Assembly (NCBI GenBank): GCA_021399345.1
Contig: JAAFKI010000124.1
Coordinates: forward strand, 29,521 to 93,520
Direction: 5' to 3'
DNA: 64,000 bases
Source: Candidatus Heimdallarchaeota archaeon
Lineage (GTDB): Archaea > Asgardarchaeota > Heimdallarchaeia > Heimdallarchaeales > Heimdallarchaeaceae
Positions 17,602 to 27,044 of the stretch are shown here, piece by piece (the first letter of the stretch is position 1; every line of letters starts with the position of its first letter). The notes under the pieces were generated by a model. It had not been told where the DNA came from, searched no databases, and was given only the letters and a program-made list of their open reading frames with translations. A program made the position numbers and the translations under genes.

Positions 17602-18432
17602 TTATCTTGCTTCTGCTAATATTTCAGCAACAGTTTTACTTACTTTCTTCATCTTATCAATTTCTTTTGATTTCTCTAACTTATGTTTCTCATATTTCTT
17701 TTCTGAAATCTCACCAGTTTGTGAGTTCACATATAGAACCTCTAAATCTCTTTGTAGAGATTTCATCTTGTTTTCTAGAGCATCAAAAGTTTTGCGCATT
17801 TTAGCCAATTCGATATTGAGTTTAGTTGTAAGATTTTCTATGTTCTTCTTGAACCTTGTTTCCATTTCTTCTAAAGTAGCTCTACTAACTGCTTTATCTC
17901 CCTTAAGTCCAGAGAGCTTTTTGAGCTTCGAGCGTTCATTATTTCTATCTTCGATGATTTCTTCAATTGGCAAAATTGCAGAGAAGTTTTCAAATTCGTT
18001 TTCTTCAGAAATAACAAAATCTACTTCTTCTTTTAACTGCTTGATTCTGGGTAAAGCTTCATCTTTAGGAATTAATTTATTCTTCACCCTATCTAGTAAT
18101 TTATCGATTTCTGCATCGATATCAGTTCTTCTTCTCAAAAGAGCGTTATAATCATCTCTCTTTACTATTACATCTGCTATTCGCTCTACTAGTTCATCAT
18201 CAGTTAAGTCCTTTATCTCCTCCTGCGTCTCTTCTACTTCAATTTCTTCAACTTCCAATGGTTCATAAATCATACCAGTGGGAGAAGTGGGGTCTACCTT
18301 AGCAATTTCAATGACTTCTTCGGACTTTACAATTAGTTCTGGTTCTTCCTTATGTAACAATCTTGCACCGCATTTACGACAAAAGTTCCAATGAGATTGT
18401 ACTGGGTTTCTACAGTAATGACACTCATTCAT
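17602..18432 (-). CDS. Zinc-ribbon plus long coiled-coil protein; unknown function
   Basis: N-terminal CHYCRNPVQSHWNFCRKCGARL (two CxxC pairs), then an acidic linker and about 180 aa of heptad-like K/E/L-rich sequence. I prefer ATG 18432 over GTG 18441. Confidence 0.65.
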   Translation of the reverse strand: MNECHYCRNPVQSHWNFCRKCGARLLHKEEPELIVKSEEVIEIAKVDPTSPTGMIYEPLEVEEIEVEETQEEIKDLTDDELVERIADVIVKRDDYNALLRRRTDIDAEIDKLLDRVKNKLIPKDEALPRIKQLKEEVDFVISEENEFENFSAILPIEEIIEDRNNERSKLKKLSGLKGDKAVSRATLEEMETRFKKNIENLTTKLNIELAKMRKTFDALENKMKSLQRDLEVLYVNSQTGEISEKKYEKHKLEKSKEIDKMKKVSKTVAEILAEAR

Positions 18433-18501
18433 CCTTAACACCTAAACTACCTTTGTACATCATGCTTAAAAAAGATATCATTATTTAGAAACTGAAAATA
18501 T

Positions 18502-19056
18502 ATGAAAGTTGTAATTTGTTCTACCAATCCAGTTAAAATTGAAGCAGTAAAAGAAGCTTTTAGTTCATTTTTTGAAAATATAGTTTATTTTCCTCTCGAA
18601 ATGAGTAATCATAAGGAAATTGTAAAACAACCTATGTCTTCCAAGAAAACACTTAGTTCAGCTGTAAAACGGGTTCAGGTTGCAAGAAAAGAAGAAAATG
18701 CAGAATTTTTTGTTAGTATGGAAGGGGGCATGGATTGTGATGATTATGGTGCTTTTCTAACTTGGTATGTATGTGTAAGTAATAACTCAGGTAAAGATTC
18801 AATTGCAGGGGGAGGGAGAATGCCTCTTCCAAGGACAATTTATGAGGAATTAGTAAACAATACATCTTTGGAATTAGGGGATATAATGGATAGAATAACA
18901 AATGAAGAGAATGTTAAACAAAGAGGTGGTAGTACGGCTGTATTTACAGGAAACAAAATATTCAGAAAGGACGTTTTTACAAGAGAACTGATTATTGCTT
19001 TAATACCTTTCACAAGTGATATTTTTCAAAAAATAGAAGGAAACGAGAAAATCTAA
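18502..19056 (+). CDS. yjjX: YjjX-type non-canonical purine NTP phosphatase (ITPase/XTPase)
   Basis: N-terminus MKVVICSTNPVKIEAVKEAF, ~180-aa length, and FFVSMEGG, all typical of the family. Confidence 0.7.
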   Translation: MKVVICSTNPVKIEAVKEAFSSFFENIVYFPLEMSNHKEIVKQPMSSKKTLSSAVKRVQVARKEENAEFFVSMEGGMDCDDYGAFLTWYVCVSNNSGKDSIAGGGRMPLPRTIYEELVNNTSLELGDIMDRITNEENVKQRGGSTAVFTGNKIFRKDVFTRELIIALIPFTSDIFQKIEGNEKI

Positions 19057-19182
19057 ATTAACAAAAACATCTCTACGATTCTTTAGGCATAAGATTATCT
19101 AAAACAACAAATTAGTGTACAAAAAATCACACTTATAAATGCAAAATTGAAATACACTCAACCGCAAAATATTGTGATTATA

Positions 19183-19410
19183 ATGAAAGATAAAGTTCAA
19201 GCAACATTAAACGAAATTCGTGTAGCACTACAACAAGATGGTGGAGACATTGAACTTGTAGATGTAGAAGAAGATGGTACTGTAAAAGTAGAATTACAAG
19301 GTGCATGTAGAGGGTGTCCTTATAGTCAAATGACTTTAACAGGTTATGTAGAAAAAGTACTAAAGGAAAGAGTTCCTGGAGTTAAAGAAGTTATAAATGT
19401 GAATTCTTGA
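19183..19410 (+). CDS. Nfu/NifU C-terminal-domain Fe-S cluster scaffold protein
   Basis: LQQDGGDIELVDVEEDGTVKVELQGACRGCPYSQMTL with a CxxC motif. I prefer ATG 19183 over the TTG at 19147 used by the ORF track. Confidence 0.8.
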   Translation: MKDKVQATLNEIRVALQQDGGDIELVDVEEDGTVKVELQGACRGCPYSQMTLTGYVEKVLKERVPGVKEVINVNS

Positions 19411-19495
19411 AGCTTTGAGAACAGAGTAACAGTTACACAAACTTTTTTATCTTAATCTCCGTTGTTTTTTTATTACTGCTTGCAGATGATTATCA

Positions 19496-22039
19496 ATGAC
19501 AGATTCTTTACCTCCTGAAATAGCTGCTCATAGAAACCGCATCAGTCCAGAATTAGCAGATTTTATTATTAAAGCACTTCAAGGAGAATTTACATCAGAA
19601 GCCTCTAAACAAATAGGGAGAATTTTATGGAATGTTATTGATGATCCTGTCTATGAGAAAGATGAAGAATTAAGGTATCTAGCAAGCAAAATAGGTGTAA
19701 TGACAGGGCAATATGATTTAGCTATCAAAGCGATTACAGATGATATCGTAGGTACAAAAGTATGGGGAAGTGTTGCTCTTTTCGAAATTGGTGAGGTTGA
19801 TGAAGCTATCTCTACATTACAGCAAATAATAGAAAAGGAAACATCAGACTTTATGCCTCTGATAGAAGCCATTTTTTGGTTGGTATATCTGAAGCATTTA
19901 ATTGGTGATTCAGAAAATATTGACAGTTACAAAACCATTTTAGAGGATATCTTTGATCCTCGAAATACGAGAAGAATACATCAACAAATTCAAGACATAA
20001 AGGATTTCACTGAAGGATTAATCGATCTTCAATCTGCAAGCAATATAGCAGGCTTAAAGAAAATTGAAGAATTTATTCACAAAAGAGAAAATGCAGGAGA
20101 TCAATTTTGGCAACTAATAGGACTATTAATACTTGGAGAACAACAACTTGATTCCTCTGATTATATTGCCTCAAATAAAATATATGTTAAAGCAAGAGTT
20201 TTAGCAGAAAACATATCTAATGTTCCTCTAATAGGAGCCGTTGATATCGGTTTAGCTCATGTTCATTTTCTCAAAGGAGAACTAAAAGCGGGAAATATAC
20301 TATCTGCACAAACAAATGATAAATTGCAGGGAATTTCTCAGTATTATCTGGCTAAAGGACATTTTGTTAGAGGACAGATAATGATTAAATTGGGTCATCA
20401 TAAGATGGCAAGAGATAGCCTTAATGCTGCTTATTCACTTGCTAACCATTATCATGATTACAATAAATCATTCATAACTCTTTTAGCTATTGCAGAAAGC
20501 TATGCAATTACCAATGAAAAGGATAAGGCTCAAGAGATTTTTGATAAAGCTTACAATCAAGTCGTAAATATAGGAAACAAAAGGCAATTTGCTCAAGCAT
20601 TGGTGCAAATTGCTACCAGCGATTATAGGCAGGGAAAGTTTGATTCAGCACTAAAACGAGCAGATCAAATTGAAACATTATCAGAGGAGATACAATATCA
20701 AAAAGGAAAAACAGATGCTTTACGCCTAAGATCTCAAATTAATATAACTCGAAATAATGAAGTAGATAGAAACATCTTTACTCTTCTTGCCTGCCAGATT
20801 CTATATTTGGAAGTTGGCGATGAGGATAGTAGTGCTAACTGTGATATCTTAATAGCAGAAGGCTATACAAAGCTAGGTAATTCTCGAAAAGCAGCAATCC
20901 ATTTAAATAATGCGAAAAACTTCTTCTTAAGAATTTCAGATAGTATGAAGATTGCAGAAATTAAAGAACTTCAAGCTTCATTTGATATAAATGATGGTAA
21001 ATTCGATGAAGCTTTAGTTAAACTTAGATCCTCTTATAGTCATTACTCTGATGTGTTTGATCGTAATAAACGAGTAGGATGTTTACGAAAAATAGCAGAC
21101 ATTTTAGCTCTGAAAGGAGATTTCAGAGAGAGTTTAGCAAGATATACGAAGGTACAAGGCCTCATAAGTGAAAACAATGATATGGTTGATAATGTTGTAC
21201 TCCAGCTCAACAAAGCTAGAATTAGTCAGTATGCGAGTAAAACTGATATTGCTCAAGAGAGCTACAAATTTGTAGAGAGGTATTTAAGAGAAAATAAACT
21301 TAAAACTTTATTGGGGCAAATTTTGGTTGAAAAAACACTAATGTATATTGTTGAAGATAAAGAAGAGCTTGCAACTGAAATAATGTCTCAGATTCAAGAA
21401 TTAGCCAAAGAGGGTTATGACGACTTTAAATACTGGTATTGTTATCTTGAAGCCCTTAGGAATATAAAATCAGGCGAGTATGTTAAAGCTTATTCTGACC
21501 TTACAAGTATTCTTCAGCAAACTTTGGAAAAGAACAATATTATTTCAATAGGAATTCTATTCAATCTAATTCGTCTCGTGATTGAGATAAACGAAGAAAA
21601 CCTTGCAGATTTGTTTGTTTATCAGGAAGTAAATAACTACATTGTTCTGCTGAAGGGGATTGTAACTGAAGGAAACTTCTACTATCTAAGAGGAATTACT
21701 TTTTTGGTCGATTTATTATGGCAATTCATGTCTGAAATTGAGAGTGACTATAATGAAATAGTTGTTCAAGCTTCTGAATATTTTGCAAGCACAGGAATAG
21801 AAGAGTTTGGGAATCTACTTCTAACATTACAATATAATATAGGAGATTGGGAAGGGCAAACTGAATCCAGAATTAGAACAATTTTAGGGGCCCCCAAAAC
21901 ATATGAATCTCCAAAAATAGCTTTGTTAGAGATTCTTGAGAAGTCCAATAAATCACTATTTATAGAAGAAATTCTAAGAACAGAGAACAGATTCTTAAAA
22001 GAGATTAAGTCCTTGAAAGAAGCTAAAGATAAAAAATAG
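19496..22039 (+). CDS. Large cytoplasmic TPR/helical-repeat protein
   Basis: 847 aa with no TM helix. Contains repeated ~34-40-aa helical-pair units with the A/G/Y pattern of TPRs, e.g. YLAKGHFVRGQIMIKLGHHKMARDSLNAAYSLA, AIAESYAITNEKDKAQEIFDKAY and LIAEGYTKLGNSRKAAIHLNNA. Confidence 0.7.
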   Translation: MTDSLPPEIAAHRNRISPELADFIIKALQGEFTSEASKQIGRILWNVIDDPVYEKDEELRYLASKIGVMTGQYDLAIKAITDDIVGTKVWGSVALFEIGEVDEAISTLQQIIEKETSDFMPLIEAIFWLVYLKHLIGDSENIDSYKTILEDIFDPRNTRRIHQQIQDIKDFTEGLIDLQSASNIAGLKKIEEFIHKRENAGDQFWQLIGLLILGEQQLDSSDYIASNKIYVKARVLAENISNVPLIGAVDIGLAHVHFLKGELKAGNILSAQTNDKLQGISQYYLAKGHFVRGQIMIKLGHHKMARDSLNAAYSLANHYHDYNKSFITLLAIAESYAITNEKDKAQEIFDKAYNQVVNIGNKRQFAQALVQIATSDYRQGKFDSALKRADQIETLSEEIQYQKGKTDALRLRSQINITRNNEVDRNIFTLLACQILYLEVGDEDSSANCDILIAEGYTKLGNSRKAAIHLNNAKNFFLRISDSMKIAEIKELQASFDINDGKFDEALVKLRSSYSHYSDVFDRNKRVGCLRKIADILALKGDFRESLARYTKVQGLISENNDMVDNVVLQLNKARISQYASKTDIAQESYKFVERYLRENKLKTLLGQILVEKTLMYIVEDKEELATEIMSQIQELAKEGYDDFKYWYCYLEALRNIKSGEYVKAYSDLTSILQQTLEKNNIISIGILFNLIRLVIEINEENLADLFVYQEVNNYIVLLKGIVTEGNFYYLRGITFLVDLLWQFMSEIESDYNEIVVQASEYFASTGIEEFGNLLLTLQYNIGDWEGQTESRIRTILGAPKTYESPKIALLEILEKSNKSLFIEEILRTENRFLKEIKSLKEAKDKK

Positions 22040-22049
22040 ATTTTAACTA

Positions 22050-23342
22050 TCATTTCACTGAATGCAATAGATCATCAATAATGTGTTTTGATAATCCAAG
22101 ATAATTTATCGGATCAAGAATATCTTCAATTTCTGTAGATGAGAACATTTCAGCAATTATGGAGTTTGTTTTTGCTGCTTCTATAAAGTCTTCTTCATTT
22201 GATAATTGTTTGAGTAATTCATGTGCTTTCTGCCTTCCCATTTTATTTGATAAACGAATCATCAGATGTTCTGCACATTGAGCTCCTTTCCGAAGATAGA
22301 GATTCTCTTTTATTTTTGGAATATTAAAATGCAGATTCTTCAGAATATCATTCATCTGTAATAAGATATAATGGGTTAAAATAGATGTTTCAGCAAAAAT
22401 AACTCTTTCTGCACTTGAATTTGATAAATCTCTTTCATGTTCCAATCCCACATTTTCTAGAGTAGGTTGTATTTTACTTCTAATGATTCTAGCTAAGCCA
22501 CAAATTCTTTCACTCTTTTCAGGATTCTTTTTTTGAGGCATAGTTGAAGAACCTACTTGCGTACTGATGAAAGATTCTCTAATTTCATTGATTTCGGTTC
22601 GTTGTAAATTTCTGATTTCTTTTGCGAAATGCTCTAAGACAGTAGCAATAAGTGCAAGGCTGTAAATGTAATTTGCATGAATAACTCTAGAAATTACTTG
22701 TGTAGTAATTGGTTGTTTTTCTAAATCTAGTTTTTCAAGGATTATCTTTTCTATTTCTTGGGTTCCATATGATGCGTAAGTTCCAACCGCTCCTGAAAAT
22801 TTACCATAAGCTACCTTAAATCCTTCCAATGTCTTTTTCGCTAGAAGTAATTCATTTAGAAAATTCCCAAATTTCATTCCATATGTTGTTGGTACAGCAT
22901 GTATTCCATGTGTTCTCCCAATACATGCTAATTCCTTATGTTCTTCAGCTAATTTACTTACAATTTCAATTGTAGTTTCCAAAGCGCTCAAAATCTCTTT
23001 TTTAGCTTCTCTGAGTTGTAATCCTCTCACAGTATCCTGTATATCATAAGAAGTAGCTCCAAGGTGGATGTATCCGCCATACTCACCACATTGTTCAGAA
23101 ATTGCAAGGACGAGACTCATAAGATCATGGTGGATTTCCTTCTCTATTTCTTTAGCTCGCTCCAATTTAACAAATTCAGGTATGCATTTCAATTGAATAA
23201 CATCATTAGCTTCTTTTGGTATCTTTCCAACCTTGAAATTAGCATCAGCCAATTCCTTCTCTATCAACAGTTGTAATTCAAATTTTCTCTGTGATGAAAA
23301 AACATCATTTAAGTTAGTTTTATACCTTTCAATTTCGAGCAT
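22050..23342 (-). CDS. purB: Adenylosuccinate lyase
   Basis: Fumarate-lyase signature GSSTMPQKKNPEKSE, plus HLGATSYDIQDT, IGRTHGIHAVPTTYGMKF and an N-terminal RY...VFS pattern. Confidence 0.85.
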   Translation of the reverse strand: MLEIERYKTNLNDVFSSQRKFELQLLIEKELADANFKVGKIPKEANDVIQLKCIPEFVKLERAKEIEKEIHHDLMSLVLAISEQCGEYGGYIHLGATSYDIQDTVRGLQLREAKKEILSALETTIEIVSKLAEEHKELACIGRTHGIHAVPTTYGMKFGNFLNELLLAKKTLEGFKVAYGKFSGAVGTYASYGTQEIEKIILEKLDLEKQPITTQVISRVIHANYIYSLALIATVLEHFAKEIRNLQRTEINEIRESFISTQVGSSTMPQKKNPEKSERICGLARIIRSKIQPTLENVGLEHERDLSNSSAERVIFAETSILTHYILLQMNDILKNLHFNIPKIKENLYLRKGAQCAEHLMIRLSNKMGRQKAHELLKQLSNEEDFIEAAKTNSIIAEMFSSTEIEDILDPINYLGLSKHIIDDLLHSVK

Positions 23343-23410
23343 ATTACCACCTCACACTACAGTATAAGGTATTTAGTAGTATATTAAAAGATGTCCGACA
23401 CTAAATACAG

Positions 23411-24712
23411 TTATTGTTTCAATTTCTTTTTCTTTCTTACCGCAAGTGTGAATACTGCAAGGAAAGCAAACAAGTAAGCATAGTTTGAAGGTGTTGGAGT
23501 TGTTGGTGGAATATAAGGGAGTAATTCAAAATTGTACGTTGTAGAATCTACACTTAAACTTGTTTCATTTAGAATTGTAAATTGAGTGAATCCCCTATCA
23601 AAAAGAGGTTCTTGTATGTGATATAGAACATCATTACTCAGATATAGACTTTCTATGTGTTCATGTCCATATAGATTAACTTCTATTGGATATCGTTTGT
23701 TGAAGTTTGTTGCATCACTATGGAAATCATGATGATAATATAGTATTGTAGCATCGTCACTGTTTTCACTAAGAATTTGTCGCATTTGTAAGATCTCTTC
23801 TGAATTAAGTCCTTCAAATGATGATCCGAATCCAACCAGTGCCCAATCCAGATATGTAAAATTTTGATAACGAATAGGTCCAAGATAGTTATACCAATTA
23901 TCTTCTACTATGTCAGGAACCATTGTACTTTGAGAAAATTCATGATTTCCATGTATACAATATACAGGTAAATCAAGAGTGTCTAAAGCCCAAAGTCCAA
24001 GACGAAGCTGAATCTCTCCTCTCATATGTCCACCAGTCACAGGATTAAGAAAATACAAAGTTGGACCTTGTATTAAATCACCAGTAAAAATTACAAAATC
24101 TGGATCTAACTCTTTAATTTTGGCTAATTCTTCTAGATTGATATCTGAAGAATTAAAGGCAGTATCATTACTATATGTATATGAGGGGAAATGAGCATCA
24201 GATATGTGTACAAATGTAAATGGATATGTTTTTTCCTCAATTATTTTTACTGAATGAGTCTGATAATCAGATCCTTCGCTACAATTTAATTGTAAATCAT
24301 ATAGTCCCTCCTCCATTTGAGTTGGTAAGACCTCAAAATACCACTTTTCATCAACATAATCAGAGGAAACTATGTTAAGAATTTGAGAGGAGTTGGTTTT
24401 ATGTAAAGTGAAATTCCAATCTGATGCGCTAGAAGAGCCAGATGTAATTATATTCAGTTTTTCATTAAAAACAATGATAGAGGGGTTAGCTTTGTTTGGA
24501 TATTGTATCATCCCAAAAAATCTAGCTACTAGAGCATATCTTGGGTCCTGTGTTTCGTTAAAGAATTCATCTGGTGAGTTGGCAAAATAATCAAAACTAG
24601 GGTAATAGTCCTCTGGTTTTTCCTGTTTTGACAATATATTTTGATGGGGAAGAATTAAACTTACTGTAAGAAACAAAATAGTTAAACCCAATACAAATGA
24701 CTTAGATTTCAT
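23411..24712 (-). CDS. Secreted/anchored calcineurin-like metallophosphoesterase
   Basis: Signal-like N-terminus MKSKSFVLGLTILFLTVSLILP. Phosphoesterase motifs FVHISDAHF, FTGDLIQG, IHGNHEF and YGHEH. The C-terminus is PPTTPTPSNYAYLFAFLAVFTLAV followed by RKKKKLKQ. I prefer ATG 24712 over TTG 24745. Confidence 0.8.
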   Translation of the reverse strand: MKSKSFVLGLTILFLTVSLILPHQNILSKQEKPEDYYPSFDYFANSPDEFFNETQDPRYALVARFFGMIQYPNKANPSIIVFNEKLNIITSGSSSASDWNFTLHKTNSSQILNIVSSDYVDEKWYFEVLPTQMEEGLYDLQLNCSEGSDYQTHSVKIIEEKTYPFTFVHISDAHFPSYTYSNDTAFNSSDINLEELAKIKELDPDFVIFTGDLIQGPTLYFLNPVTGGHMRGEIQLRLGLWALDTLDLPVYCIHGNHEFSQSTMVPDIVEDNWYNYLGPIRYQNFTYLDWALVGFGSSFEGLNSEEILQMRQILSENSDDATILYYHHDFHSDATNFNKRYPIEVNLYGHEHIESLYLSNDVLYHIQEPLFDRGFTQFTILNETSLSVDSTTYNFELLPYIPPTTPTPSNYAYLFAFLAVFTLAVRKKKKLKQ

Positions 24713-24838
24713 TTTATCAAATAAAGGAGTTAACTCATTGTTCAAAAAGATTCTGGAAAGACAATGTGTATTGAGGAGATTTTTTTGTGATTTCCTTCAT
24801 GGAAAACCTTTTTTTAGAATCCAAACCTAGTAATAATT

Positions 24839-25927
24839 ATGCCACATGTAAGAATGTCTCGAAATCTTAATCAAAGTATTTTCGCACTTATTGTTGGAAC
24901 AATGTTTAGTGTTCTTCTTATACCAGTTTTTGGAATGAATGTTTTAATTCTGGCAATCTTTGAGATTCCCTTAGCCTTTCTTGTGGCATTAATAGCAGTT
25001 ACGGAATGTTTGTACCAGTATAAAGATGATGTTTCGGTAGATTCTACTTTCAACATGATTATGCCTCTATTGAAATCATTAGGCATTTCGATACCTGTTG
25101 TTCTGTTTTATGGGGCCATCACAATAATTTTCAATGAAACAATTCCAGCTTTTGAACAAGCTCTACTCCCGCTTTTTATTCAATATCAAGGTTTACCAAG
25201 CCTAGTAACAATTTACCTAATCAATTTTGTTCCAATTTTTGTAATGCTGTTTGCATTACCTTTCTTTTTGTATATTTACGGAAAAGTACATGTTCTTTTC
25301 TTCACTGATAAAGAAGATAGGAAGACCAGAGTAACAAAAGCAGATATGGAAGAAAAGGAACTTAACAAAAAAGTATTCCAAATGACAGATAAACTGGAAA
25401 ATTATGCTTTTCAACTACAACAATATCTTCTAGAACTGCAAGGTGTACCAAATCAAATAGCCGTAGTTAATGATTATGAATCTTTCAAAGCTTTAAGTAT
25501 GAGATTGAACATGGTTAAAGATTACGTAAAAACAATAGACATAGCTGATGATAAAACAACTAAAAAGATTCTTTCAGAAGAAGAAGTGAAAATGAAATTA
25601 AATGAAGTAGAAATGCAGAAGAAGACAGTCATTGACATTGTTGAACAAAATCTCAAAAAGCTCAAAAAGGATAAAAAACGATTCGAAAAAGAAGAGGAAG
25701 AGGGCATAGAAGAGGCTGAAGAGCCAGAAGAAATTAAGCTGCCAGATGAAGTCGAGGAAGCTGAAGAACCAAAAATTGTTCAAGAGCCAGAGAAAACAAA
25801 GCCAAAGAAAACAAAGCCAGAAGAACCAAAACCAGAAGAACCGAAACCAGAAGAGCCAGAACCAGAAGAGCCAGAATCTGATGAAGAAGAATTACAAGAT
25901 CCAAGTGAAATTATTCAAGACGATTAA
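24839..25927 (+). CDS. Membrane protein (about 4-5 TM helices) with a coiled-coil and an acidic P/E/K-rich disordered tail
   Basis: TM helices IFALIVGTMFSVLLIPVFGMNVLILAIF, LAFLVALIAVTE, ISIPVVLFYGAITIIF and LINFVPIFVMLFALPFFLYIY. The tail reads ...EEPKIVQEPEKTKPKKTKPEEPKPEEPKPEEPEPEEPESDEEE. Confidence 0.7.
   Translation: MPHVRMSRNLNQSIFALIVGTMFSVLLIPVFGMNVLILAIFEIPLAFLVALIAVTECLYQYKDDVSVDSTFNMIMPLLKSLGISIPVVLFYGAITIIFNETIPAFEQALLPLFIQYQGLPSLVTIYLINFVPIFVMLFALPFFLYIYGKVHVLFFTDKEDRKTRVTKADMEEKELNKKVFQMTDKLENYAFQLQQYLLELQGVPNQIAVVNDYESFKALSMRLNMVKDYVKTIDIADDKTTKKILSEEEVKMKLNEVEMQKKTVIDIVEQNLKKLKKDKKRFEKEEEEGIEEAEEPEEIKLPDEVEEAEEPKIVQEPEKTKPKKTKPEEPKPEEPKPEEPEPEEPESDEEELQDPSEIIQDD
25819..25878 (+). 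repeat. Four tandem 15-bp units (AGAAGARCCNRAAYC) encoding (P)EEPK/EEPE repeats inside the CDS
   Basis: Read directly: agaagaaccaaaacc / agaagaaccgaaacc / agaagagccagaacc / agaagagccagaatc. Preceded by a duplicated aaaacaaagcca. Confidence 0.85.
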
Positions 25928-25960
25928 TTTTCATAAAAAAAGAATAGAAGGAAGGATAAA

Positions 25961-26620
25961 TTAAGCTTTTTCATAAGCTTCCATCAATTTTTCTACAAAA
26001 TTATCCTCAGGAAAAGATCCTTCAAACTGAACATCCCCTTGATTAATCACAGTTTTTGGAACGCCCATTACAAAATATTTCTGTGAGAGCAGTGGAAATT
26101 CAGTAGCTTCAACCATCTCACCATAAATATTTGGATTTGCCATTGCTGCTTTATGAGCTAATCTAACAGCAGCTGGGCAATAAGGACAAGTAGGTGTTAC
26201 AAAGACTTGAATCTTCATTGGTTTGTCAATCTTTTGAATTTTCTCTAAATTCTCTTTTTTTAGAGTAATCTTTCCTGCTGAGATATCTAATATATCTTCC
26301 ACCAATGAACCAAACTCATAACCACTTGGAATTCCAGTAAACACAACATTACGCTCTTCTTTTCCATGTAATATAATGGTTGGAAATCGTTCAATGTTAT
26401 ATTTTTGAATTTCAGGAGGATTTTCTTCCTTATTGAAAAGTTCAACCTTTATCATGTTTTCAGGAGCGAGTTCCGCTAACATCTCCATGATTTCTTTTGT
26501 TTGAGCACATGTCAAACACTTCTCTTTATCTACAAATAACTTGGCAGTAACTTGGTTTTCCATGTGTTGGAAAATCTCTTTAACTTGCCTTTTGATATTA
26601 TCATCAACATCTACTGACAT
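25961..26620 (-). CDS. Protein disulfide oxidoreductase (two thioredoxin folds, archaeal PDO type)
   Basis: Two CxxC sites, KCLTCAQ in the N-terminal unit and TPTCPYCPAAV in the C-terminal unit. Length about 220 aa, with GVPKTVI after the second site. Confidence 0.85.
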   Translation of the reverse strand: MSVDVDDNIKRQVKEIFQHMENQVTAKLFVDKEKCLTCAQTKEIMEMLAELAPENMIKVELFNKEENPPEIQKYNIERFPTIILHGKEERNVVFTGIPSGYEFGSLVEDILDISAGKITLKKENLEKIQKIDKPMKIQVFVTPTCPYCPAAVRLAHKAAMANPNIYGEMVEATEFPLLSQKYFVMGVPKTVINQGDVQFEGSFPEDNFVEKLMEAYEKA

Positions 26621-26704
26621 TTAAATTCACCTTCGTGTGTGCTATATTTATACACACTCAATCAAATATAAATATTTCTCTCTTGCAAAAAGAAAAAAAA
26701 GAGA

Positions 26705-26977
26705 TTAACCAGTTCGTTTTATTATATGATAACCAAATTCTGTTTTTACTAGACCTGAGAGTTCTCCTTTTGCTAATGAAAATGCTGTTTTTTCGAATTC
26801 CTTTACCATCTGTCCTCTAGTGAAGAATCCTAAACTTCCTCCTTTCTTTCCTGAAGAGCAAATTGAATGCTTTTTTGCTAGTTCTGCAAAATCAGTTCCA
26901 GCTTTTATTTCATCTAGTATTCGAATAGCTTCCGATCTTTTTTTAACGAGAATGTGGCTTGCTTTAACTTTGGACAT
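26705..26977 (-). CDS. Parvulin-type peptidyl-prolyl isomerase
   Basis: 90 aa. ASHILV...[33 protein letters not shown]...[13 protein letters not shown] is a full single-domain parvulin pattern. Confidence 0.88.
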   Translation of the reverse strand: MSKVKASHILVKKRSEAIRILDEIKAGTDFAELAKKHSICSSGKKGGSLGFFTRGQMVKEFEKTAFSLAKGELSGLVKTEFGYHIIKRTG

Positions 26978-27044
26978 AATATCACCAAGTTTCCTTTTTT
27001 CAAGATATTAAAAAGTATTTGATTTATCATTTGGAGATAAGAAT

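Noticed and set aside
25746-25964. 72-aa K/Q/N-rich ORF and the tandem repeats at 25819-25878 and 50928-50975 as possible CRISPR or satellite elements
   Set aside because: The repeats are contiguous with no spacers, have units of 12-15 bp, and lie in frame within the CDS (PEEPK tail and GGMP chaperonin tail). The 72-aa ORF is just an alternative frame of the same repeat.
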